From: Eledone cirrhosa | Lineage: Eukaryota | DNA: 64,000 nt | Direction of reading: 5' to 3' | Assembly (NCBI GenBank): GCA_964016885.1 | Contig: OZ024759.1 | Span: 4,154,001 to 4,218,000, forward strand | Part shown: in pieces, positions 12,602-25,964 of the stretch | How the letters are laid out: every line of letters begins with the position of its first letter | How positions within the stretch are numbered: the stretch's first letter is position 1 | The notes under the pieces: generated by a model | Told to the model about the DNA's origin: nothing | The model's input: the letters and a program-made list of their open reading frames with translations, nothing else | The model's database searches: none | Translations under genes and position numbers: made by a program

Positions 12602-13670
12602 CAGGGTGCAGCATAAATACTGTTACAAAATATCAAATGAGTTTAAGTCATAATATTAATTACTTTATGCTTTGCAGCATAGAGTTACGGCCCTTTATGA
12701 TCTGAGTTCAAATCCCGCCCAGATTAACTTTGCCATTCATCCTTACTGGGTCGATAAAATAAAGTACCAGTCACACACAGGGAGCGCTTTAATAGACCCC
12801 CCCCCCCCCACAAATTTCTGGCCTTATGCTTATATAAGAAACCAATAATAATTACTTTATTATTGATCTGATTGCTCAAATATTAACCTAATACTATATA
12901 CTAACTGTTTTGGGGGTTATATAAGGATTCATTGCACATTTTTTCATGTTCAGAGTTGCTGAAGCATGGAACAAATTACCTGCATCAGTTGTTAGCTACT
13001 GGGACACTACATCCTTTAAAACCTCCATGCTTCCTGAAATTCGCCAACACTACACCTGATATCCCCCTTCCATACACACGCATGCATGTGTGTGTATTTC
13101 ATGACTCATACACTGTTCACTTTCCTGACCTTTATACATTATTCTATGTACTATATATGCACCTGAGCAGTGTACACAATAATTTCATTATTATTATTAT
13201 TTAAATGTCCTTAGAATTGAAAGGAAAATTCATAATTGGACAGCATGAAAAAAAGTAGACTCCACCTCAGATTTTTATAACTGGAAAACAGCTTGAAATT
13301 AACAGAATGCTCATAAAAAGGACCATTGATCACTTCAAAGAAACTTCCTCAACAAAAGCCAAGATCAGGACGTCCTAGCACCTTCTGAACACCAAAACTA
13401 ATCAAATACATGCATGAGAAAATCAGATGTAAGCCAAAAAGATTCATGAGAAAAATGGTGAAAGAGGCCGAAATTTCAGAGAGATCCATGAGGAGGCTAT
13501 GTAAAGATGATCTCGAGATGTGAGAACAAAAGGAAAGCATATCAAATAAGATTGCATGGTGTTAATAAACATTTTATTAATTACATTGTGCCACAATTGT
13601 AGCTAGGTACAATAAATATTGAAGGAGTTATAAGCATTTTATTTTGTAACAGTATTTATGCCGTACTATG
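12602..13670 (+). mobile_element. Decayed Tc1/mariner element with nested SINE and LINE fragments
   Basis: TA-flanked TIRs (GCATAAATACTGTTACAAAAT / ATTTTGTAACAGTATTTATGC); transposase HTH remnant KPRSGRP...KIRCKPKRFMRKMVKEAEISERSMRRLCKDDL. Confidence 0.7.
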
Positions 13671-13770
13671 TAGTATTATGTGGTCAGAAACTCTCAAGAA
13701 AGTTGGACAGGAGAAGGTCACCAGAGAAGAACCACCCTCTCACCTCATGCAAGGGTTTCAGCCATTAACC

Positions 13771-14063
13771 CAGGCATGGGCAACCTTTTTCGAGAAGCGG
13801 GCTGCATGAGATATGGCTCATCATCAGGGAGGCCGCAAGCGCTAATTTACATTTGTGCCCACATTAAAAAAAAAGGGTGATAACTCAGGTTGTTTTGATT
13901 TGTTTCTTCAGAATTCGTACACGTTGTTTTCCTCAATCGTTAAAAATTATAGAAAGATAAATTACGACTGAAAAGTTGGGGTAAAAAAATCAGAAAGATT
14001 TCACTTAGGTGATTTAGGTGAGTCATTTAGAAAGCTTTGTGGGCCGCAGGTTACCCATGACTG
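13771..14063. mobile_element. hAT-type MITE
   Basis: TIRs CAGGCATGGGCAAC / GTTACCCATGACTG; imperfect 8-bp TSD cattaacc/ccttaatc. Confidence 0.65.
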
Positions 14064-15506
14064 CCTTAATCTATTTAACATTTACATTACTGTGTTTAAG
14101 TGTGTGTGAGTGAGTGCATTTGTGTGTTTTAATGTGAGTGTGTTTGTGTGTTTTAGTGTGTGAGTACATTTGAGCATTTAAGAATGTGAAAGAGTATATG
14201 TGTTTGTGTGTTTTAGAGTGTGAGTGCATGTGTGTGTGAACTCTTTTATTCACCTCTTACAATAGGAAAGGACACTGTGCCAGTTATTTTGTGTCTCAAC
14301 TAATTGCAACAAAGCTAATAAACTTTCATGCTCTATTTAACACTAACACAAGTGTAAATGGTGTTAAACTTACAATCATGTTCTGGGTTTCATTCTTGGA
14401 CTGGGTTGTGTGTTATGTTCTTGAGCAAAACATTATACTCAGTATGTATGTATGGTCCTGTAACTCCTGACAGAGTCGTAGAGGTGCCGTATTAACAGAC
14501 ATCATTTTTTGGGTATTTTAAGCCAGGCGGAGCCCATCCCTGTCCAGGCCTGAATACAGCAGATTTCTTCCAGAGAAAGATAGAAAGTGAGAGAGAGGAA
14601 ATGAGAAAGAGATATAGAAGAAGAATCGACCCCAGTACTAGACTGGTATTTTTTTATTGACATCAAAAGGATGAAAGGCAAAGTTGACCTCAGCGGGATT
14701 TGAACTCAGAGAGCAGAGAGTTGGAACGAATACCACAAAGCATTCTATCTGATGTTCTAACGACTCTGCCAATTCACTGCCTATATACTCAGTATACTCA
14801 GTTGGAAATGAGTATCAACAATTGCTGGGGGTTTTCTCTGCAATGGACTGGTGTCCTGTCCAGGCTGGAATTGTTTACTGTCAGTCACTTAACACCATGG
14901 AAACCAAGGTAAACACTGGCCTGATTAGCATCCAGGCTTGAGACAGACTTTAGACTCAGAACAAGTAACAGCCAAATTATAGATTAGTATGATAAAAAGG
15001 AAAGGACACATTAAATAGTGTAGTCCTAGTTATGCAATGCCTGAGAGAAGGGTGGAATGTGCTTATCTCGGTTTCCATGGTGTGAAGCAACTGAGAGTAC
15101 AGAATTCCATCCTGCACAGGACTCCTGTCCTGTGCAGGATGGAATTTAAAATCCCCCAGCAATTGCTGGTACTCATTTTCAACTGAGTATACTACGCAAG
15201 AATGTTTTGCTTAAGAACGCAATGCACAGCCAAGTCCAGGAACCAAACCCACAACATTATGATTGTAAATCCAACAGCTTTACCACTTGTGTTAGTGTTA
15301 GATAGAGATGACAGCTCATTGATCTCATAACTAGTTTAAACTGTAAACAACTGACAGTGTCCTTACATATTATAAAGAGGTGAATAAAAGATATTGAAAA
15401 AGATACTGTCAATTCACCAGCTTTTATTTTAATTTACAAATCTGCCCCCCCCCCCCCCCCCCATAAAAAAAAAGACAATGGAAATTCGATATTTAGTTTT
15501 ACTCAC

Positions 15507-15644
15507 CATTTTGGCAGTTTCTTCCTTCAAAACCAGCAACACATCTTCCGTCAGAACATATTCCTGTCACTGAGTCACATTTGTTGCTGTCTACACAGTG
15601 ACATATACCTTCACAGTTGCTGCCAAATCTACCATTCTGGCAGA
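15507..15644 (-). CDS. EGF-like exon, 138 nt
   Basis: CQNGRFGSNCEGICHCVDSNKCDSVTGICSDGRCVAGFEGRNCQN; aag acceptor, gtgagt donor. Confidence 0.88.
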
Positions 15645-15929
15645 CTTTCAAAGAAACAAAAACATTGTTTGTTAATAAAAAAAAAAGCAAACCCTTTTTG
15701 GTTCAGAAACTTCTGGCGGAATCCCAGTCTCATATTTTTATATGGTTTGAATATAAATATACTTCTCTACCTTTTTTTCATGGAACCCCAGACATTCATT
15801 TGCAGAACCCTTGGGTTCCATGGATCCCACTTTGGGAATGACTAATAAAGAACACCCTAAAGTTTGGAGAGATAAAACAAGAATTCATATATGTTGCACA
15901 GAGTAATTAGCTTCTTTCATTTCACTCAC

Positions 15930-16067
15930 CTGTTTGACAGTTGTTACCTTTATAGCCAGGTGTACACCCACCACTCGAACAGGTACCAGATTTAGGGTTA
16001 CACGTGCTATTGTCATAGCAGTGACAGCTATAGCTACAATCTTTACCAAACTTGCCACTGGAGCACT
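15930..16067 (-). CDS. EGF-like exon, 138 nt
   Basis: CSSGKFGKDCSYSCHCYDNSTCNPKSGTCSSGGCTPGYKGNNCQT; tttcag acceptor, gtgagt donor. Confidence 0.9.
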
Positions 16068-17670
16068 CTGAAATATAGAGCTATTATTTATTATTTATTC
16101 ATGAGTGAATAAGAATTGTTTCGACTTTTGACATAAGGCCAGCAATTACCCCAGTGCATTACTGGTACTTTATTTTATCGACCCCGTAAGGTCGAAAGGC
16201 AAAGTTAACCTCTGTGGGATTTGAACTCAGACCGTAAAGAACCATAACTCTATGCTGCAAAGCATGGCATCCGACGCTCTACCGATACTGCCAATCCACT
16301 ACCCTCACGATTCAATAATAATTATTTCTACTTTTTGCACAAGGCTAGCAATTATCCCAGTGTATTACTGGTACTTTATTAGTAATGCACTGGATAACAA
16401 TAATGTTATAATAGTATTATAATATCATTAATATTCAGTTTGTTTGCCAGCAAACAGCCTCATAAACACCACGTGTGTTTTCTAGATGAACAATGTCATC
16501 CTTTTGTTGTAAAAGGGAAAGAAATGGGCAGAACTGTTGGAGTGTTTGTTGGATGAAATGCTTTGCAGAACTTCTGAGGTCTGAGTTCAAATCTTGCTCA
16601 GGTCAAACTTGAATGTCATTTTTACAAGCTTGATAAAATAATGTACCAGTTAAATACTGGGGTAGATATAATCAACTGACTTTCTCTTTACTCCAAAATT
16701 AAGAAATCATTATTAACCCTTTACCATTCACATTACTCTATATATACTATTGTGTATTTTCATGGTAAAGGCTTTATCTCACATAATTATCTCACATAAT
16801 ATCGAATCTATAGATTTTGAAAGTATTTATTTTGAGAACAATACCTTAACATCAGTTTGAGCGACCAGTTACAGCCAATATCAACAGAAAGAGGTAGAGA
16901 ATTCTGGCCGGTTTGGGCCAGTTTGAACACGAAAGGGTTAATTAAAAACATTGGTACATTTGTGCTTTACATAGTTTTGGCTTGGTTTTACTGGTTGGGT
17001 ATTCTTCTTGTAACCAATCACTTTACTGAGTGGCCTGGGTGCACCAGTTCTTGAGAGGTTGTACTAATTAGGGTGGCACCAAGTGGATACAAAATGTGGG
17101 ACGAAAAGAAGAGAGAGGAGTCAGTTGAAAATGTCTGAGTGGAGGTGGCATGAACCTAGAATACTCCGAGGAACAGAGTCCAATATAGTAGTGGTGGAAA
17201 GCAGGAGGAGAAGGCACATGGGGAGAGTATCAGTGAAGAAGAGAAAAAATGGTGTATCCATTTGGTTTATAGTCAAGTTTTATTTTTTTTAAACAAGCAC
17301 CTTTATAGGCTTAGTCGGCCACCTATGAGGTTGTCACCCCATAGGAAGTATTCTGGGTGTTTCAATGGTAAGGACACCATGCCTATCATGTTGTTGTTAC
17401 AGCTCACATTTATGTAGGTTTGGCTGGCCCCCTACAAGGATGCACTCCATAGGAAATATTCTGGGTGTTTTAATAATAAGGACCCCAGGCCTATCATGTT
17501 GTTACAGCTCTACCTATGTAGGTTTAACTGGCCTCTGACAAAAATGCACCCCAAAGGAGCCTCGGTCTTTTCATGTCACTCTTTCCTTGGTAAGTTTGGA
17601 ATCTCACTTTGAAGTGCCATGTGCTCACCTAGAAATACAAATAGCATAGAAGATCTACTGAATGACTCAC

Positions 17671-17808
17671 CTGTCTGACAATTGCTACCTTGATAGCCAG
17701 CTTCACAGCCACCACTGGAACATACACCTGTGATGGGGTCACACTTGCTGTTGTTGGCACAGTGACATGAGTTAATACAGTTGTCACCAAATTTACCACT
17801 TCTACACT
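17671..17808 (-). CDS. EGF-like exon, 138 nt
   Basis: CRSGKFGDNCINSCHCANNSKCDPITGVCSSGGCEAGYQGSNCQT; acccag acceptor, gtgagt donor. Confidence 0.9.
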
Positions 17809-17849
17809 CTGGGTACATTAAATATGAAGAATATAGAAGTTAGATGGAA

Positions 17850-18605
17850 TGAGATGTGAAATGTATGTGATATACAATGTATGAGTTGTGAAATGTATGG
17901 GATGTGAAATGTAGGAATATGAAATGTAGTGGGTGTAAAATGTAGGGATGTGAAATGTAGGGATGAGGAATGTAGGGATGGGGAATGTAGGGATGAGGAA
18001 TGTAGGAGATGTGAAATGTAGGATATGTGAACTGTAGTAGATATGAAATGTAAGAGATGTGAAATGTAAGAGATGTGAAATGTAGGTGATGTGAAATGTA
18101 GGATATGTGAAATGTAAGGATGTGAAATGTAGGAGATGTGAAATGTAAGAGATGTGAAATGTAGGAGATGTGAAATGTAAGAGATGTGAAATGTAGGTGA
18201 TGTGAAATGTAAGAGATGTGAAATGTAGGTGATGTGAAATTTAAGAGATGTGAAATGTAGGGATGAGGAATGTAGGAGATGTGAAATGTAGGAGATGTGA
18301 AATGTATGAGATGTGAAATGTAGGAGATGTGAAATGTAAGAGATGTGAAATGTAAGATATGTGAAATGTAAGAGATGTGAAATGTAGGAGATGTGAAATG
18401 TAAGAGATGTGAAATGTAAGAGATGTGAAATGTAGGTGATGTGAAATGTAAGAGATGTGAAATGTAAGAGATGTGAAATGTAGGAGATGTGAAATGTAGG
18501 TGATGTGAAATGTAAGAGATGTGAAATGTAGGATATGTGAAATGTAAAGGTGTGAATTGTATAATGTGAAATATAGATGTGAATTGTGTGAGATGTGAAA
18601 TGTAG
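17850..18605. repeat. 16-bp minisatellite, ~45 copies
   Basis: gagatgtgaaatgtaR. Confidence 0.92.
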
Positions 18606-18958
18606 AGAATGTACAAGAATAACAGTAAACATCAACAACAACAACAGCAACCATCATCAACAACAATAACATGAATAACAAAAACAAACAACAATAGCAA
18701 CAACAAAAACAACAAAAACAATAACAAAATAACAACAGCAAACAAAAATAGCAGTCATCAACAACATCCCTTACATTTTTACCTGTTCCAGCCATCTGGC
18801 AGAGGCCATGCTGGGGCACCGCTCTTGTTGCTACACATTCTATCTCCAGCCTGTGTTGTCTGGCCATTGGTGTAAGAGGGAGTTTGTTGCTGTTGCCCAT
18901 CAATAACAAAATAACAACAACAAAACAACAATAGCAACAACAACAAATATATACTTAC

Positions 18959-19096
18959 TTAACTGACAATTGTTACCCTCATATCTAGCAATACAACCCC
19001 CACTTGAACAGGTCCCTGATACTGGGGTACACTTGCTGTTGTCTGTACAGTGACATATACTGCTGCACTTGGCACCAAACCTTCCATATTGACGAA
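18959..19096 (-). CDS. EGF-like exon, 138 nt (first Cys replaced by Arg)
   Basis: RQYGRFGAKCSSICHCTDNSKCTPVSGTCSSGGCIARYEGNNCQL; ccatag acceptor, gtaagt donor. Confidence 0.82.
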   Translation of the reverse strand, partial: FVNMEGLVPSAAVYVTVQTTASVPQYQGPVQVGVVLLDMRVTIVS

Positions 19097-19329
19097 CTAT
19101 GGCAGAAAAAAAAATATATATAATTCCAAAATTAAATTAAGGGTGTCATGTCCGAGAGACATGCGCCATTAAACAACATAAGACAATTATTCCATTTACC
19201 AAAGGTTTTATGAAGACTGACGAGCTCGTCTGTCTTCGTGAAACCTTTGGTAAATGGAATAATTGTCTTATGTTGTTTATTACATAACTAAATAGCTCTG
19301 TAGCTTACATAGTGCACTCTCCTTTCCTT

Positions 19330-19690
19330 CGGAAACACTTAATATATATATATGCAGAAGACCTGACTTCCCTAGGGTACAAGCCGAAGCTGAAGCATAT
19401 GGAAAATATGCCCCCACCCCCTCCTCCCACTGCAAAGTGGTCGTGGAGGTGTCATGACAAAAAAGCACCCAGCCCACACTGTAAAGTGGACATGTAGGCG
19501 CCACGGTAAAAAAGCACCTAGCACTCACTGTAAATGAGGTTGGTGTTAGGAAGGGCATCCAGCTGTAGAAATCAAGCCAGCATCAGTTCCCATATGAGCA
19601 AGACAAGGTCACTCGACCTGGCATTGCCTACAACAGGACAACCGGTCTAACCCATGGAAGAATGGACGTAAAAGGGTGATGGTGATGATA
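19330..19690 (+). mobile_element. RTE 3' UTR fragment
   Basis: Matches 10950-11230 (cactgtaaatgaggttggtgttaggaagggcatccagctgtagaaatcaagcc...ggacgtaaaa). Confidence 0.75.
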
Positions 19691-19851
19691 TATATTTTTT
19701 TCACTAATGTCACACAAAATTGTATGTTTTTTGTAGCTTTATGGTTTAACGGTTTCCTTTTTAAAAATTGTTTTTTTGTTTTGTTTTGTTTTCGTTCGCT
19801 GTCTTCTCTTTTCTTTGTTGATTTTCTTAAATATATATATATATAAATATA

Positions 19852-19890
<39 letters not shown>

Positions 19891-20614
19891 TTTTTTTTTT
19901 CTGATTCCACCCTGCCTGTCCCTTCAATCTTTCTAATTTCTCATTCTTTCTTCTGATGAAGGACTAGCGTCCAAAACCTTAAAACCCTCTTGTTGCTATT
20001 TCAAGTGTTAACCTAATATTTTCTTTCCATATACTGTACCGATTGTGTTGTTATCTCTGTTTACACACAATCATCATCATCATCATCATCATTTTACGTC
20101 CGCCTTTCCCTGCTTGCAAGGGTTGGACGGGTTCTATTCAGCGCAGCATCTCTCCACTTGTCACGGTCCTTCGTCATCTCCTCAGATTACATTTATTGTA
20201 TTCAGCCATGTAGAGTGGAAATTTTATTTTATTTGAATGTGGCAAAGCCGGTCATTTATTGCTCGTATACAGGAAACTGACTGGCCAGTCTGCTGATATA
20301 CAAATCTGGCTGATCAGTGGATCTGCTAATATGCAGATCTGACTGATCAGCCAGTCTGCTAATATGGAAATCAGGCCGATCAGCCACTGTATATTTTAGA
20401 AAATAGTATATATTTTCACTAGCTCTGACAGTTGGCAGGTGAAGAGTGAGCTGTACTGATGAAGGCTGATACCCAGAAAAATTAGTGTCTGCAATTCTGT
20501 TTACATGCCAACACAAGAGCAAGAATGATGGGTTCATTCTATTGACATGGCTTTAAAATTGAGGCTTGTTTGCATAATTGCAGACGAATCGAATGCTATT
20601 ATTAATATTCGAAA

Positions 20615-20810
20615 AGGGCGGTAGATTGGCAGTATCGGTAGAGGGTCGGACCATGCTTTGACGCATAAAGTTACGGCCCTTGCTATTCTGAGTTCAAATC
20701 CCGCTGAGGTTAACTTTGCCTTTCATCCTTATGGGGTCGATAAAATAAAGTACCAGTAATACACTGGGTAATTGCTGGCCTTGTGCCAAAAGTAGAAACA
20801 ATTATTAATA
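20615..20810 (+). mobile_element. Second SINE family (MetaSINE-like core); copies ~7415-7595(-), 12670-12845(+), 14625-14780(-), 16115-16305(-), 26465-26600(-), 33085-33220(+), 34230-34425(-), 57510-57695(-)
   Basis: B box GAGTTCAAATCCC followed by TTTGCCTTTCATCCTTAYGGGGTCGATAAAATAAAGTACCAG, recurring in many copies. Confidence 0.78.
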
Positions 20811-21264
20811 TTCGAAAAACTCAGATTACATATATATATAGAGATATATATATATGGCTTAAAAGAGAAGATGAATGGTGTGTCTGACACATTGAGGTTG
20901 ATGGAGACACCTTGCTGAGAGTCATAACACCAGACACTTCAAATTTCATGCTGTTCTGATGCATTGAGATGGAACAGCTGCTACCTTTATAACCAGCACC
21001 ACACCCTCCATTGGAACACACACCTGTCTGACAGTTGCTACTTCCACAACCAGCACCACATCTTCCGCTGGAACACATACCTGTCTGACAGTTGATACCT
21101 TTATAATCAGCACCACACATTCTACTATAACACACACCTGTCTCTGTGTTACACCTGTCTCTGTGTTACACCTGTCTCTGTGTTACATCTGTCTCTGTGT
21201 TACACCTACTGTCATCTTGTTTCAATATATTAAGTTACAAACAAAGCTATACTACACCACTTAC

Positions 21265-21402
21265 CTGTCTGACAGTTGCTACCTTCATAACCAGCAGCAC
21301 ATCCGCCACTAAAATACACACCTGTCTGTTTGTTACACCTGTTGTTGTCAGTACAGTGACAGATGCTTTCGCAGTTGGGTCCAAATTTACCAATATCACA
21401 AA
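21265..21402 (-). CDS. EGF-like exon, 138 nt (6th Cys replaced by Tyr)
   Basis: CDIGKFGPNCESICHCTDNNRCNKQTGVYFSGGCAAGYEGSNCQT; gtttag acceptor, gtaagt donor. Confidence 0.8.
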
Positions 21403-21471
21403 CTAAACATACAAAAAAAATAGATAAACAAATTCTGAAGAAGTCACGGCTGTTCCACATTTCTAGTCACT

Positions 21472-22420
21472 GTACTATTGTAACTAGTACTCTACTAACT
21501 ACCACTATACTAACTATTGTAACTAGTACTCTACTAACTACTACTACATCATTCACTATACTAACTATTGTAACTAGTACTCTACTAACTACCACTATAC
21601 CATTCACTATACTAACTATTGTAACTAGTACTCTATTAACTACCACTACATCATTCACTATACTAACTATTGTAACTAGTACTCTACTAACTACCACTAT
21701 ACCATTCACTATACTAACTATTGTAACTAGTACTCTACTAACTACCACTACATCATTCACTATACTAACTATTGTAACTAGTACTCTACTAACTACCACT
21801 ATACCATTCACTATACTAACTATTGTAACTAGTACTCTACTAACTACCACTACATCATTCACTATACTAACTATTGTAACTAGTACTCTACTAACTACCA
21901 CTATACCATTCACTATACTAACTATTGTAACTAGTACTCTACTAACTACCACTATACCATTCACTATACTAACTATTGTAACTAGTACTCTACTAACTAC
22001 CACTACATCATTCACTATACTAACTATTGTAACTAGTACTCTACTAACTACCACTACATCATTCACTATACTAACTATTGTAACTAGTACTCTACTAATT
22101 ACCACTATACCAATCACTATACTAACTATTGTAACTAGTACTCTACTAACTACCACTACATCATTCACTATACTAACTATTGTAACTAGTACTCTACTAA
22201 CTACCACTATACCATTCACTATACTAACTACCACTACATCATTCACTATACTAACTATTGTAACTAGTACTCTACTAACTACTACTACATCATTCATTAT
22301 ACTAACTATTGTAACTAGTACTCTACTAACTACTACTAAATCATTCACTATACTAACTATTGTAACTAGTACGCTACTAACTACCACTATACCATTCACT
22401 ATACTATTATAACTACCACT
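21472..22420. repeat. 51-bp minisatellite, ~18 copies
   Basis: ctattgtaactagtactctactaactaccactacatcattcactatactaa. Confidence 0.92.
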
Positions 22421-22633
22421 CTGTAGTAGTAGTAGTGGCACTCCATCGGTTACGATGAGTGTTCCAACTGATACAATCAACAGTACAGCCTGCTCGTGAA
22501 ATTTACATGCAAGTGGCTGAGTATTCCACAAACACGCGTACCCATAATATAGTTCTCAGGGAGATTCAGCAAGACACAATATGTGACAAGGCTAGCATTT
22601 CGAATTACAGGTACAGTTCATTTTTGCCAGCTG

Positions 22634-25600
22634 AGTGGACTGGAGCAACATGAAATAAAGTGTCTTGCTCAAGGACACAGTGGACTGGAGCAACATGAAA
22701 TAAAGTGTCTTGCTCAAGGACACAGTGGACTGGAGCAACATGAAATAAAGTGTCTTGCTCAAGGACACAGTGGACTGGAGCAACATGAAATAAAGTGTCT
22801 TGCTCAAGGACACAGTGGACTGGAGCAACATGAAATAAGGTGTCTTGCTCAAGGACACAGTGGACTGGAGCAACATGAAATAAGGTGTCTTGCTCAAGGA
22901 CACAGTGGACTGGAGCAACATGAAATAAAGTGTCTTGCTCAAGGACACAGTGGACTGGAGCAACATGAAATAAGGTGTCTTGCTCAAGGACACAGTGGAC
23001 TGGAGCAACATGAAATAAAGTGTCTTGCTCAAGGACACAGTGGACTGGAGCAACATGAAATAAAGTGTCTTGCTCAAGGACACAGTGGACTGGAGCAACA
23101 TGAAATAAAGTGTCTTGCTCAAGGACACAGTGGACTGGAGCAACATGAAATAAAGTGTCTTGCTCAAGGACACAGTGGACTGGAGCAACATGAAATAAGG
23201 TGTCTTGCTCAAGGACACAGTGGACTGGAGCAACATGAAATAAGGTGTCTTGCTCAAGGACACAGTGGACTGGAGCAACATGAAATAAAGTGTCTTGCTC
23301 AAGGACACAGTGGACTGGAGCAACATGAAATAAGGTGTCTTGCTCAAGGACACAGTGGACTGGAGCAACATGAAATAAAGTGTCTTGCTCAAGGACACAG
23401 TGGACTGGAGCAACATGAAATAAAGTGTCTTGCTCAAGGACACAGTGGACTGGAGCAACATGAAATAAGGTGTCTTGCTCAAGGACACAGTGGACTGGAG
23501 CAACATGAAATAAAGTGTCTTGCTCAAGGACACAGTGGACTGGAGCAACATGAAATAAAGTGTCTTGCTCAAGGACACAGTGGACTGGAGCAACATGAAA
23601 TAAAGTGTCTTGCTCAAGGACACAGTGGACTGGAGCAACATGAAATAAAGTGTCTTGCTCAAGGACTCAGTGGACTGGAGCAACATGAAATAAAGTGTCT
23701 TGCTCAAGGACACAGTGGACTGGAGCAACATGAAATAAAGTGTCTTGCTCAAGGACACAGTGGACTGGAGCAACATGAAATAAAGTGTCTTGCTCAAGGA
23801 CACAGTGGACTGGAGCAACATGAAATAAGGTGTCTTGCTCAAGGACACAGTGGACTGGAGCAACATGAAATAAAGTGTCTTGCTCAAGGACACAGTGGAC
23901 TGGAGCAACATGAAATAAGGTGTCTTGCTCAAGGACACAGTGGACTGGAGCAACATGAAATAAAGTGTCTTGCTCAAGGACACAGTGGACTAGAGCAACA
24001 TGAAATAAAGTGTCTTGCTCAAGGACACAGTGGACTGGAGCAACATGAAATAAAGTGTCTTGCTCAAGGACACAGTGGACTGGAGCAACATGAAATAAAG
24101 TGTCTTGCTCAAGGACACAGTGGACTGGAGCAACATGAAATAAAGTGTCTTGCTCAAGGACACAGTGGACTAGAGCAACATGAAATAAAGTGTCTTGCTC
24201 AAGGACACAGTGGACTGGAGCAACATGAAATAAAGTGTCTTGCTCAAGGACACAGTGGACTGGAGCAACATGAAATAAAGTGTCTTGCTCAAGGACACAG
24301 TGGACTGGAGCAACATGAAATAAAGTGTCTTGCTCAAGGACACAGTGGACTGGAGCAACATGAAATAAAGTGTCTTGCTCAAGGACACAGTGGACTGGAG
24401 CAACATGAAATAAAGTGTCTTGCTCAAGGACACAGTGGACTGGAGCAACATGAAATAAAGTGTCTTGCTCAAGGACACAGTGGACTGGAGCAACGTGAAA
24501 TAAAGTGTCTTGCTCAAGGACACAGTGGACTGGAGCAACATGAAATAAGGTGTCTTGCTCAAGGACACAGTGGACTGGAGCAACATGAAATAAAGTGTCT
24601 TGCTCAAGGACACAGTGGACTGGAGCAACATGAAATAAAGTGTCTTGCTCAAGGACACAGTGGACTGGAGCAACATGAAATAAAGTGTCTTGCTCAAGGA
24701 CACAGTGGACTGGAGCAACATGAAATAAGGTGTCTTGCTCAAGGACACAGTGGACTGGAGCAACATGAAATAAGGTGTCTTGCTCAAGGACACAGTGGAC
24801 TGGAGCAACATGAAATAAAGTGTCTTGCTCAAGGACACAGTGGACTGGAGCAACATGAAATAAGGTGTCTTGCTCAAGGACACAGTGGACTGGAGCAACA
24901 TGAAATAAAGTGTCTTGCTCAAGGACACAGTGGACTGGAGCAACATGAAATAAAGTGTCTTGCTCAAGGACACAGTGGACTGGAGCAACATGAAATAAGG
25001 TGTCTTGCTCAAGGACACAGTGGACTGGAGCAACATGAAATAAAGTGTCTTGCTCAAGGACACAGTGGACTGGAGCAACATGAAATAAAGTGTCTTGCTC
25101 AAGGACACAGTGGACTGGAGCAACATGAAATAAAGTGTCTTGCTCAAGGACACAGTGGACTGGAGCAACATGAAATAAAGTGTCTTGCTCAAGGACACAG
25201 TGGACTGGAGCAACATGAAATAAAGTGTCTTGCTCAAGGACACAGTGGACTGGAGCAACATGAAATAAAGTGTCTTGCTCAAGGACACAGTGGACTGGAG
25301 CAACATGAAATAAAGTGTCTTGCTCAAGGACACAGTGGACTGGAGCAACATGAAATAAGGTGTCTTGCTCAAGGACACAGTGGACTGGAGCAACATGAAA
25401 TAAAGTGTCTTGCTCAAGGACACAGTGGACTGGAGCAACATGAAATAAGGTGTCTTGCTCAAGGACACAGTGGACTGGAGCAACATGAAATAAAGTGTCT
25501 TGCTCAAGGACACAGTGGACTAGAGCAACATGAAATAAAGTGTCTTGCTCAAGGACACAGTGGACTGGAGCAACATGAAATAAAGTGTCTTGCTCAAGGA

Positions 25601-25964
25601 CACAGTGGACTGGAGCAACATGAAATAAAGTGTCTTGCTCAAGGACACAGTGGACTGGAGCAACATGAAATAAAGTGTCTTGCTCAAGGACACAGTGGAC
25701 TAGAGCAACATGAAATAAAGTGTCTTGCTCAAGGACACAGTGGACTGGAGCAACATGAAATAAAGTGTCTTGCTCAAGGACACAGTGGACTGGAGCAACA
25801 TGAAATAAAGTGTCTTGCTCAAGGACACAGTGGACTGGAGCAACATGAAATAAAGTGTCTTGCTCAAGGACACAGTGGACTGGAGCAACATGAAATAAAG
25901 TGTCTTGCTCAAGGACACAGTGGACTGGAGCAACATGAAATAAAGTGTCTTGCTCAAGGACACA
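22634..25964. repeat. 45-bp tandem array, 74 copies, inside a SINE
   Basis: agtggactggagcaacatgaaataaRgtgtcttgctcaaggacac. Confidence 0.97.

Noticed and set aside
21363-22531. Mucin-like Thr-rich or Val-rich ORFs
   Set aside because: Translations of the 51-bp minisatellite on either strand; no splice or expression support
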